Shown here: positions 1 to 9,801 of the stretch, piece by piece
Layout of the letters: each line of letters starts with the position of its first letter
Numbering within the stretch: position 1 is the stretch's first letter
NCBI GenBank assembly: GCA_016281775.1
Contig: JAEEJH010000127.1
Span: 1 to 56,732 of the forward strand
Source: Clostridiales bacterium
Lineage (GTDB): Bacteria; Bacillota; Clostridia; Oscillospirales; CAG-272
DNA: 56,732 nt
Direction: 5' to 3'
Notes under the pieces: generated by a model
Database searches by the model: none
Seen by the model: only the letters and a program-made list of their open reading frames with translations
What the model was told of the DNA's origin: nothing
Made by a program: the position numbers and the translations under genes

Positions 1-131
1 ATCATTTTTCCGTGTTCCGTACTGTAATAATGCACCCCGTTCGAGCACTGCCTTTCGCACACGCGGCAGGTTATGCAGCGGTCGTAATTGCGAACGACCT
101 CGAATTCCGGATATATGAATTCGATTCCCAT
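1..131 (-). CDS. Partial (N-terminus only) glutamate synthase FMN-binding subunit with N-terminal 4Fe-4S ferredoxin motif
   Basis: Hand translation from ATG at 131: MGIEFIYPEFEVVRNYDRCITCRVCERQCSNGVHYY..., CxxCxxCxxxC motif; TGATG overlap with the upstream amidotransferase; runs off the window edge; not in the ORF track. Confidence 0.75.
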   Translation of the reverse strand, partial: MGIEFIYPEFEVVRNYDRCITCRVCERQCSNGVHYYSTEHGKM

Positions 132-1225
132 CAATATTCACCGTCCTTTACCTTAACGATAACCGGCTCGCCGCCGGAAGGAGCCCATATATTCTCCGCG
201 CACGGCTCCATTGCCCGTATCGCCGCTTCTTCGCTTGCTATGAAAACTCTGTCGTCCTTTTCGCCGACGACCATAGAGCGGAGCTTCAGCCTGTCGTTGA
301 GCGCCATAAGACCGCCGTCGAAGCCGAGAACGATCGAAAACGGTCCCGTTATCAGAAGATTCTGAAAAACCGTTCGCAGATAAGTCAGTTTTTTCTTTTC
401 ATATTCGTCTTTTATACCGTCGATCGTGCTCCAGAACGGCGCGGCGATCACGTTCGCCGCTTCGGTCATGGAGAGGCCCTGACGGCGTATGAGGTAATCG
501 AGGATATACGTTATGACCTCGGTATCCGTCTGAAGCGTGCATTTGTAACCGAACATTTCCATAAAGCGCCGGTTTGCGTCGTACGACGATATCTCTCCGT
601 TGTGTACCACCGAAAAGTCAAGCAGCGTGAACGGATGAGCGCCGCCCCACCAGCCGGGCGTGTTGGTCGGATATCTGCCGTGCGCTATCCAGCTGTAGCC
701 TTCGTACTCGTCGAGGCGGTAGAAGACTCCCACGTCTTCGGGAAAACCGACGGCTTTGAACGTACCCATGTTTTTGCCGCTCGAAAAGACGTACGCGCCG
801 TCCGTTTCCGTATTTATCTTCATGACCGTTCGCGCGACGAGTTCTTTTTCGTCTATCTGCAGATCCGACAGTACCGAACGCAGCGGCGCGGCGAAATAGC
901 GGTAAACTATCGGTTCGTTCGTTATCTCGGGGATCTTTCTCGTCGGGATCAGCTCGCCTTTAACTATTTCAAAGCGTTCTTTCAGAAACGCCTCGCACGC
1001 CTTGCGCGTATCGCGGCAGTCGTAAAACATATGAAAAGCGTAAAGATCTTTATATTCCGGATATATTCCGTATCCGGCAAAGCCGCCGCCGAGACCGTTC
1101 GATCTGTCGTGCATCGGTTTCATCGCTTCCGCTATGCCCTGCCCGGTCATCCGCTTTCCCTCGCGCGATATGACCGCGGCTACGGCGCAGCCTGACGGTA
1201 TTCTGATATTTCCTTCTTTTTTCAT
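131..1225 (-). CDS. Class II glutamine amidotransferase, stand-alone glutamate synthase (GltB-like) domain
   Basis: SG-C near the N-terminus, HDRSNGLGGG, HGRYPTNT, AHPF, VHNGEI, TDTE motifs; RBS GAGGAG. Confidence 0.85.
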   Translation of the reverse strand: MKKEGNIRIPSGCAVAAVISREGKRMTGQGIAEAMKPMHDRSNGLGGGFAGYGIYPEYKDLYAFHMFYDCRDTRKACEAFLKERFEIVKGELIPTRKIPEITNEPIVYRYFAAPLRSVLSDLQIDEKELVARTVMKINTETDGAYVFSSGKNMGTFKAVGFPEDVGVFYRLDEYEGYSWIAHGRYPTNTPGWWGGAHPFTLLDFSVVHNGEISSYDANRRFMEMFGYKCTLQTDTEVITYILDYLIRRQGLSMTEAANVIAAPFWSTIDGIKDEYEKKKLTYLRTVFQNLLITGPFSIVLGFDGGLMALNDRLKLRSMVVGEKDDRVFIASEEAAIRAMEPCAENIWAPSGGEPVIVKVKDGEY

Positions 1226-1237
1226 GATAAACTCCTC

Positions 1238-1298
1238 AAAAAAACAAAAAGGCGCCGTTGCCGCGCGAAAAAACGCGGCAATGAACGCCTTTGCTCAT
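1238..1298 (-). promoter_or_regulatory. ANTAR-like hairpin overlapping an intrinsic terminator (leader of the GOGAT operon)
   Basis: Minus strand ATGAGC-AAAGGC-GTTCAT (1298-1281); its 3' side is also the 5' arm of terminator GGCGTT..TTGCCGCG/CGCGGCAA..GGCGCC followed by TTTTTGTTTTTTT. Confidence 0.7.
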
Positions 1299-1305
1299 TG
1301 ACGGC

Positions 1306-1334
1306 ATTATAACCCATATCCTGCGTTTTGTCAA
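1306..1334 (-). promoter_or_regulatory. sigmaA promoter for the GOGAT operon
   Basis: TTGACA (1334-1329), 17 nt spacer, TATAAT (1311-1306). Confidence 0.85.
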
Positions 1335-1396
1335 TAGGTAAAATGAAAAAATAATAATATATGCAGGATTTTTTTGAAGAAATTGCAAAAAAGGGC

Positions 1397-1425
1397 TTGA
1401 CAAATCTGTTTTCGTGTAGTATAAT
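1397..1425 (+). promoter_or_regulatory. sigmaA promoter for glnA-amt-asnB
   Basis: TTGACA 1397-1402, 17 nt spacer, TATAAT 1420-1425. Confidence 0.85.
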
Positions 1426-1442
1426 GCCCCCATGATCAAATA

Positions 1443-1494
1443 AAAGGCAAGGGCGTCTTTCACAGATGTGGAAGGCGCCTCTTTATTTTTTATT
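1443..1494 (+). promoter_or_regulatory. ANTAR-like hairpin overlapping an intrinsic terminator (glnA leader)
   Basis: AAAGGC-AAGGGC-GTCTTT (1443-1460) overlaps the 12-bp terminator stem 1452-1463/1468-1479, followed by TCTTTATTTTTTATT. Confidence 0.7.
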
Positions 1495-1511
1495 CAAAAG
1501 GAGATAAGACA

Positions 1512-3608
1512 ATGAAAACGGTATCTGATTATTTCGGCGTAAACGTATTTGACGACAGAGTTATGAAGGCGACGCTTTCGGCTAAAGTATATAATTCGCT
1601 GAAGCAGACGATAGACGAAGGTAAAGCGCTCGACGTGAGCGTCGCAAACGCCGTAGCTTCGGCTATGAAAGACTGGGCGATATCGAAAGGCGCCACGCAT
1701 TTTACCCACTGGTTCCAGCCGCTGACCGGCATCACCGCCGAAAAGCACGACAGTTTTATCTCTCCGTCGCCGGACGGCGGCGTGATAATGGAATTCTCGG
1801 GCAAGGAGCTCATTCAGGGCGAACCGGACGCTTCGTCATTCCCTTCGGGAGGACTGCGGGCGACGTTTGAAGCGAGAGGCTATACCGCCTGGGATCCCAC
1901 CTCGTACGCGTTCATAAAGGGCAAAACGCTCTGCATACCGACGGCGTTCTGCTCGTACGGCGGTCACGCGCTCGACAAAAAGACGCCGCTTCTCCGCTCA
2001 ATGGAGGCTCTGAACAAACAGGCTCTGCGTATCCTCCGTCTGTTCGGCAACGATACGGCGAAATACGTCCGTTCGTCGGTAGGTCCCGAGCAGGAGTATT
2101 TTCTGATCTCGAAAGAAATGTACGACGCCCGTCCGGATCTGCGCTTCTGCGGCAGAACTCTGTTCGGCTCGAAGCCGCCGAAAGGGCAGGAGATGGACGA
2201 TCACTATTTCGGCGCGATAAAACCGAAGGTCGCCGAATTCATGGAAGAGCTCAACGAAGAGCTGTGGAAGCTCGGAATAACGGCGAAGACCGAGCATAAC
2301 GAGGTGGCGCCCGCTCAGCACGAGCTTGCGCCGATATATACGACGACGAACGTCGCGACCGACCACAACCAGCTCACAATGGAGATAATGCAGAAGGTCG
2401 CGCAGAAGCACGGTCTTGCGTGCCTGCTGCACGAAAAGCCTTTCGCCGGCGTAAACGGCTCAGGCAAGCACAACAACTGGTCGATAGCGACGAACGAAGG
2501 TCAGAACCTGCTCTCGCCCGGCGAAACGCCTTATGAAAACGCTCAGTTCCTGCTGTTCTTGTGCGCTGTGATCAAGGCCGTTGACGATTATCAGGATCTG
2601 CTCCGTATATCCGTGGCGACCGCCGGCAACGATCACCGTCTCGGCGCGAACGAAGCGCCGCCGGCCGTGATCTCGATGTTTCTCGGCGACGAGCTGAACG
2701 CGGTGCTCGAAGCGATAGAGACGGACGCGCCGTACAAGGGCGCGGAAAAAACGCAGATGAAGCTCGGAGTGGACGTTTTGCCGAAGTTCAACCGCGACAC
2801 GACGGACAGGAACAGAACGTCGCCTTTCGCTTTCACAGGCAACAAATTCGAATTCCGTATGCTCGGTTCGTCAAACTCAATAGCCTGCGCGAACATTATG
2901 CTTAACGCCTCCGTCGCCGAAAGCCTTAAAATATACGCCGACAGACTTGAAGGCGCCGGTGATTTCGAGGCCGCTCTCCACGATATGATAAAAAAGACGA
3001 TAAAAGATCACAGGCGCATCATATTCAACGGCAACGGTTACGACGACGCGTGGATCAAAGAGGCGACGGAAGTGCGCGGACTGCTCAATTACAGAACGAC
3101 CGCAGACTGTATGCCGCATCTGCTCGACAAAAAGAACGTTGATATGCTCACGTCGCATAAGGTCTTCACGGTCGACGAGCTTCAGTCCCGCTGTGAAATA
3201 ATGCTTGAAAACTACTGCAAGACGGTAACGATAGAAGCCAACACGATGATATCGATGGCAAAGACCGGCATACTGCCCGCGGTCGCCGCGTTCGCCGCCG
3301 TTACGGCAAAGAACGTGATTACGAAAAAAGCCGCGGATCCGTCGCTATCCTGCGTTTACGAGACGGGGCTTGTAAAAAAGCTGACAGCGCTCACCGACGA
3401 GATAGCCGAAAAGACGGAGCAGCTTCAGTCGGAGGTAATAAAGCTTGCCGACGCAGACGGCATAATCGCCGAATCGGAGTTGATCCGCGACCGCGTTCTG
3501 CCGAAGATGTGCGAGCTCAGGCTCGCCGCCGACGAGGCGGAAACGCTTACCGCGAAATCTTACTGGCCTTACCCGACGTACGCCGACATACTGTTCAGCG
3601 TGAGATAA
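1512..3608 (+). CDS. glnA: Glutamine synthetase type III
   Basis: 698 aa; [79 protein letters not shown]. Confidence 0.95.
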   Translation: MKTVSDYFGVNVFDDRVMKATLSAKVYNSLKQTIDEGKALDVSVANAVASAMKDWAISKGATHFTHWFQPLTGITAEKHDSFISPSPDGGVIMEFSGKELIQGEPDASSFPSGGLRATFEARGYTAWDPTSYAFIKGKTLCIPTAFCSYGGHALDKKTPLLRSMEALNKQALRILRLFGNDTAKYVRSSVGPEQEYFLISKEMYDARPDLRFCGRTLFGSKPPKGQEMDDHYFGAIKPKVAEFMEELNEELWKLGITAKTEHNEVAPAQHELAPIYTTTNVATDHNQLTMEIMQKVAQKHGLACLLHEKPFAGVNGSGKHNNWSIATNEGQNLLSPGETPYENAQFLLFLCAVIKAVDDYQDLLRISVATAGNDHRLGANEAPPAVISMFLGDELNAVLEAIETDAPYKGAEKTQMKLGVDVLPKFNRDTTDRNRTSPFAFTGNKFEFRMLGSSNSIACANIMLNASVAESLKIYADRLEGAGDFEAALHDMIKKTIKDHRRIIFNGNGYDDAWIKEATEVRGLLNYRTTADCMPHLLDKKNVDMLTSHKVFTVDELQSRCEIMLENYCKTVTIEANTMISMAKTGILPAVAAFAAVTAKNVITKKAADPSLSCVYETGLVKKLTALTDEIAEKTEQLQSEVIKLADADGIIAESELIRDRVLPKMCELRLAADEAETLTAKSYWPYPTYADILFSVR

Positions 3609-3621
3609 GGAGGAATGATTT

Positions 3622-5388
3622 ATGACTTCGGAAAATATTGCAAAGCTCATTGAAGAGACCGTTACGGGCGAGGTGTTCGCCGTATGGTTTCTTATCGGCG
3701 CGGCGCTCGTCGTCTTCATGCAGGCGGGTTTCGCGATGGTCGAAACGGGTTTTACCCGCGCCAAAAACGCCGGAAACATCATTATGAAAAACCTTATGGA
3801 TTTCTGCATCGGTACGGTCGTCTTCATCCTGCTCGGATTTTCGCTGATGATGGCGGAAGATTACGTTTTCGGCTTCATAGGCGTGCCGAATCTGAAGATA
3901 CTGACCGATTTCGGCGGATTTTTAAGAGACGGAAACGCTCCGTCGTTCGTATTCAACCTCGTTTTCTGCGCCACGGCGGCGACGATAGTTTCCGGTTCGA
4001 TGGCGGAGAGGACGAAATTCATATCATACTGCATTTATTCCGGCGTTATCTCGCTCTTCGTATATCCGATCGAGGCAGGTTGGGTATGGAATCCGAACGG
4101 CTGGCTCGTACAACTCGGTTTCCACGATTTCGCGGGCTCGGCGGCGATACACTCCGTCGGCGGGCTGACGGCGCTGATCGGCGCGATCATGGTAGGCCCG
4201 CGCCTCGGCAAATACATAAAGGATAACTCGGGCAAAATAAAGAAAGTCAACGCGATACAGGGGCATTCGATAACGCTCGGAGCGCTCGGCTGCTTTATCC
4301 TCTGGTTCGGCTGGTACGGTTTCAACGGCGCGGCGGCGTGGGACGGCAATTCTCTTTCGTCGATATTCCTTACGACTACCGTCGCTCCGGCGGTCGCTAC
4401 CTGCACGACGATGATATTCACGTGGATCAAAAATAAAAAGCCCGACGTTTCGATGTGTCTGAACGCTTCGCTCGCCGGCCTCGTCGGCATAACCGCGGGC
4501 TGCGACGCGCTTGACGCTCTCGGTTCGAGCGTGGTCGGTATAGTCTCCGGTCTGCTCGTTGTATTCGTGGTCGAATTTCTCGATCTGAAACTGCACATAG
4601 ACGATCCGGTCGGCGCTGTGGGCGTACACCTTGCAAACGGCGTATGGGGAACGATAGCGGTCGGACTTCTTGCAAATCCGTCCGCTCCGGCGGGACTCAA
4701 GGGTCTGTTCTATACCGGCGATTTCCGTCTGCTCGGCGTTCAGACGCTCGGCATCGCCGCGATACTTGCCTGGACAGCCGTTATGATGACGCTGACGTTC
4801 TTCGTACTCAGGAAAACGGTCGGTCTGCGCGTGTCGCAGGAAGAAGAGATAAAAGGCCTTGACAAGACCGAACACGGTCTGCCGAGCGCATACGCGGATT
4901 TCGTACCGGCGGTCGAAAGCCTTGATTACGGCTATGACGGCGCCGTCGCGGTAAGCGGCGACACGCCCGAGGCGGAGGCGATACCGGTAAGAAGAGTGCC
5001 GGCGTTCGACGACGGCTCGCCGAAATTCACGAAGGTCGAGATAATCTGTAAGGAACCGCGCTTCGAATCTCTCAAAAACGCCATGATGGACATAGGCATA
5101 ACGGGTATGACGGTCACTCACGTGCTCGGCTGCGGCGCGCAGAAGGGACAGCCCGAATATTACCGCGGCGTGCCTGTTGAAGTGAATCTTTTGCCGAAGA
5201 TACAGATAGATATAGTCGTGAGCAAGGTGCCGGTCCGCCGCGTCATAGAGACGGCGAAAAAGGTGCTTTACACCGGCCACATAGGCGACGGTAAGATATT
5301 CGTTTACGACGTAGAAAACGTCGTAAAAGTCCGTACCGGAGAAGAAGGTTACGACGCCCTTCAGGACGCCGAATGGGGAGATCTGTAA
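3622..5388 (+). CDS. amt: Ammonium transporter (Amt) fused to a C-terminal PII domain
   Basis: MQAGFAMVETG, DFAGS..H, GWYGFNG, DDPVGAVGVH Amt motifs; C-terminal GMTV..V.GCGAQKG...LLPK and TGHIGDGKIF..VRTGE PII motifs in the same frame. Confidence 0.92.
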   Translation: MTSENIAKLIEETVTGEVFAVWFLIGAALVVFMQAGFAMVETGFTRAKNAGNIIMKNLMDFCIGTVVFILLGFSLMMAEDYVFGFIGVPNLKILTDFGGFLRDGNAPSFVFNLVFCATAATIVSGSMAERTKFISYCIYSGVISLFVYPIEAGWVWNPNGWLVQLGFHDFAGSAAIHSVGGLTALIGAIMVGPRLGKYIKDNSGKIKKVNAIQGHSITLGALGCFILWFGWYGFNGAAAWDGNSLSSIFLTTTVAPAVATCTTMIFTWIKNKKPDVSMCLNASLAGLVGITAGCDALDALGSSVVGIVSGLLVVFVVEFLDLKLHIDDPVGAVGVHLANGVWGTIAVGLLANPSAPAGLKGLFYTGDFRLLGVQTLGIAAILAWTAVMMTLTFFVLRKTVGLRVSQEEEIKGLDKTEHGLPSAYADFVPAVESLDYGYDGAVAVSGDTPEAEAIPVRRVPAFDDGSPKFTKVEIICKEPRFESLKNAMMDIGITGMTVTHVLGCGAQKGQPEYYRGVPVEVNLLPKIQIDIVVSKVPVRRVIETAKKVLYTGHIGDGKIFVYDVENVVKVRTGEEGYDALQDAEWGDL

Positions 5389-6971
5389 TGTGTTCGATTT
5401 TCGGTTACTGCGGCGAGGTCGCCGACCGCGCCGCGTTTGACAAGGGTTTTTCAAGAACAAAGTCGCGCGGACCGGACGACAGCCGCGTTATAAACGCGGG
5501 TAAAGGTCTGCTCGGATTTCACCGTCTCTCGATAATGGGGCTCACTCCGTCGGGCATGCAGCCGTTTCGCTGCGGACAGTGCTTCGCGGTATGCAACGGC
5601 GAGCTTTACGGTTTTGAAAAAGAGCGCGAAAAACTCATAAACAAAGGTTATACGTTCAACAGCGACAGCGACTGCGAGATAATACTGCCGATGTATTTTG
5701 AATACGGGGCTGAAATGTTTTCGATGCTCGACGCCGAATTCGCCTGCGTCATATACGACGGAAGGACTGACGAATTCATCGCGGCGCGCGACCCGATCGG
5801 CATACGCCCGCTTTATTACGGGTACGATGAAAACGGCGTGATCATGTTCGCAAGCGAGGCGAAGAACCTCGTAGGACTTACGGACAGGATAACTCCTTTC
5901 CCTCCGGGTCACTATTATAAGGACGGCCGGTTCGTTTCGTACTGCGATATCGCGAAAGTCGACGCCGTGTGCCGCGACGGTCTGGAGACGGCGTGCGAAA
6001 ACATCCGTAAAAAGCTCATTTCCGGCGTTGAAAAACGTCTGGTTGCGGACGCGAAGGTCGGATTTCTGCTCTCCGGAGGTCTTGACTCTTCTCTCGTCTG
6101 CGCGATAGCGGCGAAAAAGAGCGAGCGCCCGATAAAGACGTTTGCCATAGGCATGACGGCGGACGCGATAGATTTAAAATACGCAAAACAGGTCGCGGAT
6201 TTTATCGGCGCGGATCATACAGAGGTTTATATGACGCCGGAAGACGTCATATCGAATCTTGAAACGGTCATAGAACTGCTCGGAACGTACGATATAACGA
6301 CGGTACGCGCAAGCATGGGAATGTATCTCGTATGTAAAGCGATACACGAGAAGACTGATATACGCGTGCTTCTGACGGGCGAGATCTCGGACGAATTATT
6401 CGGATACAAATACACTGATTTCGCACCTTCAGCCGCTGAATTTCAGGCCGAAGCCGAAAAGCGCGTGAGGGAACTGCATATGTACGACGTGCTCCGCGCC
6501 GACAGATGTATATCCGTAAACAGTCTTGAAGCGCGCGTGCCGTTCGGCGATCTCGATTTTGTCAGATACGTTATGTCGCTCGACCCCGAAATGAAGATGA
6601 ACAGGTACGGCAAGGGCAAATATCTGCTCCGCCGCGCGTTCGAGGGGCTCGGATACCTGCCGGACAGTATTCTTTGGCGTGAAAAAGCGGCGTTTTCCGA
6701 CGCTGTCGGCCACAGTATGGTCGATTACTTAAAGGAATACGCCGTGACGAAGTACACGGATGAAGAATTTGAGAAAGGACGTAAAAAATACACTCACAGC
6801 CAACCGTTTACAAAAGAGTCGCTGTTGTACCGCGATATATTTGAAAAATACTATCCCGGCCAGTCGGATATGGTAGCCGATTTCTGGATGCCGAATAAAT
6901 CGTGGGATGGCTGCAACGTAAACGACCCGTCCGCGAGGGTTTTGTCTAACTACGGAAACAGCGGAAAATAG
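5388..6971 (+). CDS. asnB: Asparagine synthetase B (glutamine-hydrolysing)
   Basis: Start revised to ATG 5388 (MCSIFG, nucleophile Cys2; TAATG overlap); RGPD, HRLSI, CNGE, ARDPIGIRPL, LSGGLDSS, LTGEISDE. Confidence 0.93.
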   Translation: MCSIFGYCGEVADRAAFDKGFSRTKSRGPDDSRVINAGKGLLGFHRLSIMGLTPSGMQPFRCGQCFAVCNGELYGFEKEREKLINKGYTFNSDSDCEIILPMYFEYGAEMFSMLDAEFACVIYDGRTDEFIAARDPIGIRPLYYGYDENGVIMFASEAKNLVGLTDRITPFPPGHYYKDGRFVSYCDIAKVDAVCRDGLETACENIRKKLISGVEKRLVADAKVGFLLSGGLDSSLVCAIAAKKSERPIKTFAIGMTADAIDLKYAKQVADFIGADHTEVYMTPEDVISNLETVIELLGTYDITTVRASMGMYLVCKAIHEKTDIRVLLTGEISDELFGYKYTDFAPSAAEFQAEAEKRVRELHMYDVLRADRCISVNSLEARVPFGDLDFVRYVMSLDPEMKMNRYGKGKYLLRRAFEGLGYLPDSILWREKAAFSDAVGHSMVDYLKEYAVTKYTDEEFEKGRKKYTHSQPFTKESLLYRDIFEKYYPGQSDMVADFWMPNKSWDGCNVNDPSARVLSNYGNSGK

Positions 6972-6994
6972 AAGCGCGCATATTATATTAACAA

Positions 6995-7033
6995 AAAGAC
7001 TGCCTTGTATCAGAACCGTACAGGGCAGTCTTT
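6995..7033. terminator. Bidirectional intrinsic terminator between asnB and the GH84 gene
   Basis: 15-bp stem AAAGACTGCCTTGTA/TACAGGGCAGTCTTT with A and T flanks. Confidence 0.85.
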
Positions 7034-7094
7034 GTTTACACCGAGATATTTACGTCACGGCAGAGCCGCATCACCTGACTCGAAGCGTAATACG

Positions 7095-9641
7095 TCACTT
7101 TACGACTATCTCAGCTATCGCGGCTTTGACCGAACCGAAAGTAATGCGGAGCCGGTCTGAGTCGGCGATCTTGTCTTTGATATCCAGGATCAGCCATTCG
7201 TGATCCGTATCGGGCATTGTAACGTCGTTTTGTTTGCCCGACTTGTCGATCAAAGAGACGCTTACGCCGTTAGTATGGAGCAGAAACAGCTTTATCTCCG
7301 ATCTGCCGGTCAGATCGATCTCGATCGTTTTGCCGCGCACGGAAGAAGCAGAGGGTGAAAACACCGTAAACAGACTCTTGTCAAACAGTGAACGCAGGTC
7401 TGCGCCGCCGTCAAAGCTGACACCTTCGGGCAGATCGAAGCTCGATCTGATCTCGAATTCCGTTATGATTATCCAGTAGACCTGGTGCTGCAGACAGCGT
7501 ACGCGGACGTAACGGGCGCTGAACGGCTCTTCGCTCTGCGTATCTCTGCCTGCCGTATCGCAGAGTCTGGTATAATTTTTGCCGTCGGCCGAATATTCGA
7601 TCACGCCCTTGGCTATATAGTCGGTTGCGTGATCGTCCGTACCCATTCTGAGTCGGACTGACGAAACGTCCGTAACATCGCCGAGATCGACCGTGAACGT
7701 ACTGTTAGCCGCCGGTTCGCCCGCCGACCAGAACCACGTCGAATCGTCGCCGTCTACGGCGTAAGAAGTATGATAATCGGCATACGTATTGAGAGTCGTG
7801 GACGCTTTCATATTCCTGATCGCTTCGGCTTTGCCGAACACGGAATTGATCTTCTGCCTCGCAGACGACAAAAACGGCGTGAGCACGTCGGGGCTGACGA
7901 CGCACTCGCTCTTTTCGATCTCGGCGTAAGCGTGCGCAAACGACATTGCATAGCTCTCTTTTTCGTCTTCGCCCGCGGTCGAGAACCGCACGTACGCCTT
8001 TGCGGCGTCGACGTAAAGCTCCGCTTTTTTCAGCCACGGCTTCACTTCTTTTATCAGTTTTTTATCGCCTTTTTCAAGCAGATCGGCAAGAGCTTTTGCG
8101 GTCTGATCGAGTTTTTCAAGCAGTTTTCCGGCGGCGCCGTCCTTGTTTTTATTGAAATCTTCTATTTCGGTTTTCAGGGTAAACGTCGACTTGCTGCCGT
8201 TTATCGCCGTGTTCCGCGTGAGGTCCGTAAGCGTGTAAAGCCCGTCGGAGCATTCCGGTGCGATGATCTTCACCGCTTTGTTCAAAGCCTCTTCGGGCTC
8301 GTAAGTTATCGGATCCCACAGATAATCGGCGACCGTTATGAGCGGCAGAAACGAGGCGTAGCCCTGATTCATCGGGTTCGAGACGAGACCGGATACAGCG
8401 GTATCGAGTTTACTGTCGAGGTTTTCGCACGGACCCATAAAGAGCTCGTTCACCGCGTAGTCGTTGACCGGGTAGTTCCACCAGATATACATCTTTCTTC
8501 CGAATTTGGAGTTTACGTTCGCCATCTCCGCCGCGCTTATCGACGGCGGGATCACGCCGTAACCGGTCCACATTATCATTATATCCGGATCTATCAGCGG
8601 CGCGATCTTGTTGGAATAACCCGTCATCGTCGCCGTGCAGAATTCGGGCGTGATCATGATAAGATCAGTGCATCCGTCGTGCGTTTTTACGAATTTGCTC
8701 TGAAAATCGTTCACAAGCTTTGCATGTCCCTGCGCGTCGAGCGTCGGTATATCGTCGAGCAGTATCGCAAAATCACGCACGCCGAGGCCGTACATCGACT
8801 CGCACTTTTCGACAAGCTTTGCAAAATCGGTATCATACCCCGCTCCGAGATCCATATCGAGACCGGGAGACAGAGCGTATACGAAATGCACGTTGTTTTC
8901 GGTCGCGCATTTTATGAGCTCGTTCATTTTTTCGAGCTCTCTGCCGGTATACAGACTTCGCCACTCCGAACGGTGTTTAGGATCGTCCTTCGGAGCGTAG
9001 ATATACGTATTGAGTTTATATTTGCCCATAAACGCGAACAGATCGAGGCGGTACTGATGAGTCCACGTTTCGCCGTAGAAGCCTTCGATGACGCCGCGGT
9101 ACGGCACGGCGGGCGTATCCGTTATCTCCGCGGCGGCAAGCCTGCCGTTCCACCGCAGCTGAGCGAGAGTGGATACGGCGTAAAACACGCCGCGCCTGCC
9201 TGAAGCGGTTATTTCGATACCGCTCTTTTTCACGTTAAGCTTATATTCCTCTTCGCCGAGCGCCGGATCGGCGGTTATCTTTGCGTGAAGGCCTCCGCCG
9301 CCTTCTTCACACGAGAAGCCGAACGAGGTGAAAACGCTTCCGTAATCGTTGAGATCGCTTTTATCGAGCGTTATAAGACCGCAGTCTGCCGTGTCCGATC
9401 CGTTTTCCGATATCTTCGCGTTCAACGGTTCGGGCATGAGGTCGAGGGTGAACGTTACGCCCTCGTAAGGATCGGTATATTCGGTCTCGGCGGGCTGAGT
9501 GACTTTTTCCGTCTGCGCCGGTTCGGTGCTCTTTCCGGTCCCGACCGTATCGGTCCCCGGAGCATCCGCCGGCGTACATGCGGCGAAGCTTAACAGCATC
9601 ACGGCGGTCAGTATCAGCGACGTTATTCTTCTGTATGACAT
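7095..9641 (-). CDS. Lipoprotein beta-N-acetylglucosaminidase (GH84) with F5/8-type C (CBM32-like) domain
   Basis: Start revised to 9641 (RBS GGAGG; the TTG at 9701 is the -35 box); lipobox LSFAAC; RGVIEGFYG, YIYAPKDDP, FAILLDDI, WWNYPVNDY; C-terminal AVDGDDSTWFWS..FTVDLG. Confidence 0.88.
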   Translation of the reverse strand: MSYRRITSLILTAVMLLSFAACTPADAPGTDTVGTGKSTEPAQTEKVTQPAETEYTDPYEGVTFTLDLMPEPLNAKISENGSDTADCGLITLDKSDLNDYGSVFTSFGFSCEEGGGGLHAKITADPALGEEEYKLNVKKSGIEITASGRRGVFYAVSTLAQLRWNGRLAAAEITDTPAVPYRGVIEGFYGETWTHQYRLDLFAFMGKYKLNTYIYAPKDDPKHRSEWRSLYTGRELEKMNELIKCATENNVHFVYALSPGLDMDLGAGYDTDFAKLVEKCESMYGLGVRDFAILLDDIPTLDAQGHAKLVNDFQSKFVKTHDGCTDLIMITPEFCTATMTGYSNKIAPLIDPDIMIMWTGYGVIPPSISAAEMANVNSKFGRKMYIWWNYPVNDYAVNELFMGPCENLDSKLDTAVSGLVSNPMNQGYASFLPLITVADYLWDPITYEPEEALNKAVKIIAPECSDGLYTLTDLTRNTAINGSKSTFTLKTEIEDFNKNKDGAAGKLLEKLDQTAKALADLLEKGDKKLIKEVKPWLKKAELYVDAAKAYVRFSTAGEDEKESYAMSFAHAYAEIEKSECVVSPDVLTPFLSSARQKINSVFGKAEAIRNMKASTTLNTYADYHTSYAVDGDDSTWFWSAGEPAANSTFTVDLGDVTDVSSVRLRMGTDDHATDYIAKGVIEYSADGKNYTRLCDTAGRDTQSEEPFSARYVRVRCLQHQVYWIIITEFEIRSSFDLPEGVSFDGGADLRSLFDKSLFTVFSPSASSVRGKTIEIDLTGRSEIKLFLLHTNGVSVSLIDKSGKQNDVTMPDTDHEWLILDIKDKIADSDRLRITFGSVKAAIAEIVVK

Positions 9642-9672
9642 TTTACGGCCTCCCGTCTTTTGGTTCTGCCTT

Positions 9673-9701
9673 ATTATACCATATATAATTTCGCCTGTCA
9701 A
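9673..9701 (-). promoter_or_regulatory. sigmaA promoter for the GH84 gene
   Basis: TTGACA (9701-9696), 17 nt spacer, TATAAT (9678-9673). Confidence 0.85.
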
Positions 9702-9739
9702 CAGATTCGGCCCATTTAAAAATAAATTGCAAAAATACC

Positions 9740-9768
9740 TTGATTTTTTAAGACGAATAGGTTATAAT
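9740..9768 (+). promoter_or_regulatory. sigmaA promoter for gltX-SGNH-glnS
   Basis: TTGATT 9740-9745, 17 nt spacer, TATAAT 9763-9768. Confidence 0.7.
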
Positions 9769-9801
9769 AAATTAATAATTTACTTTTTAAGGTGAAAAAT
9801 T

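Noticed and set aside
1236-1463. 75-aa minus-strand ORF in the glnA/GOGAT intergenic region
   Set aside because: It spans two promoters and both leader terminators; no RBS and no recognisable protein.
4024-5460. 478-aa minus-strand ORF, and similar long antisense ORFs (7770-9203, 12471-13370, 40166-41074, 54183-55268)
   Set aside because: They shadow well-supported genes on the opposite strand or in another frame, have Arg-rich composition with no family motif, and lack RBS context; expected from codon bias.
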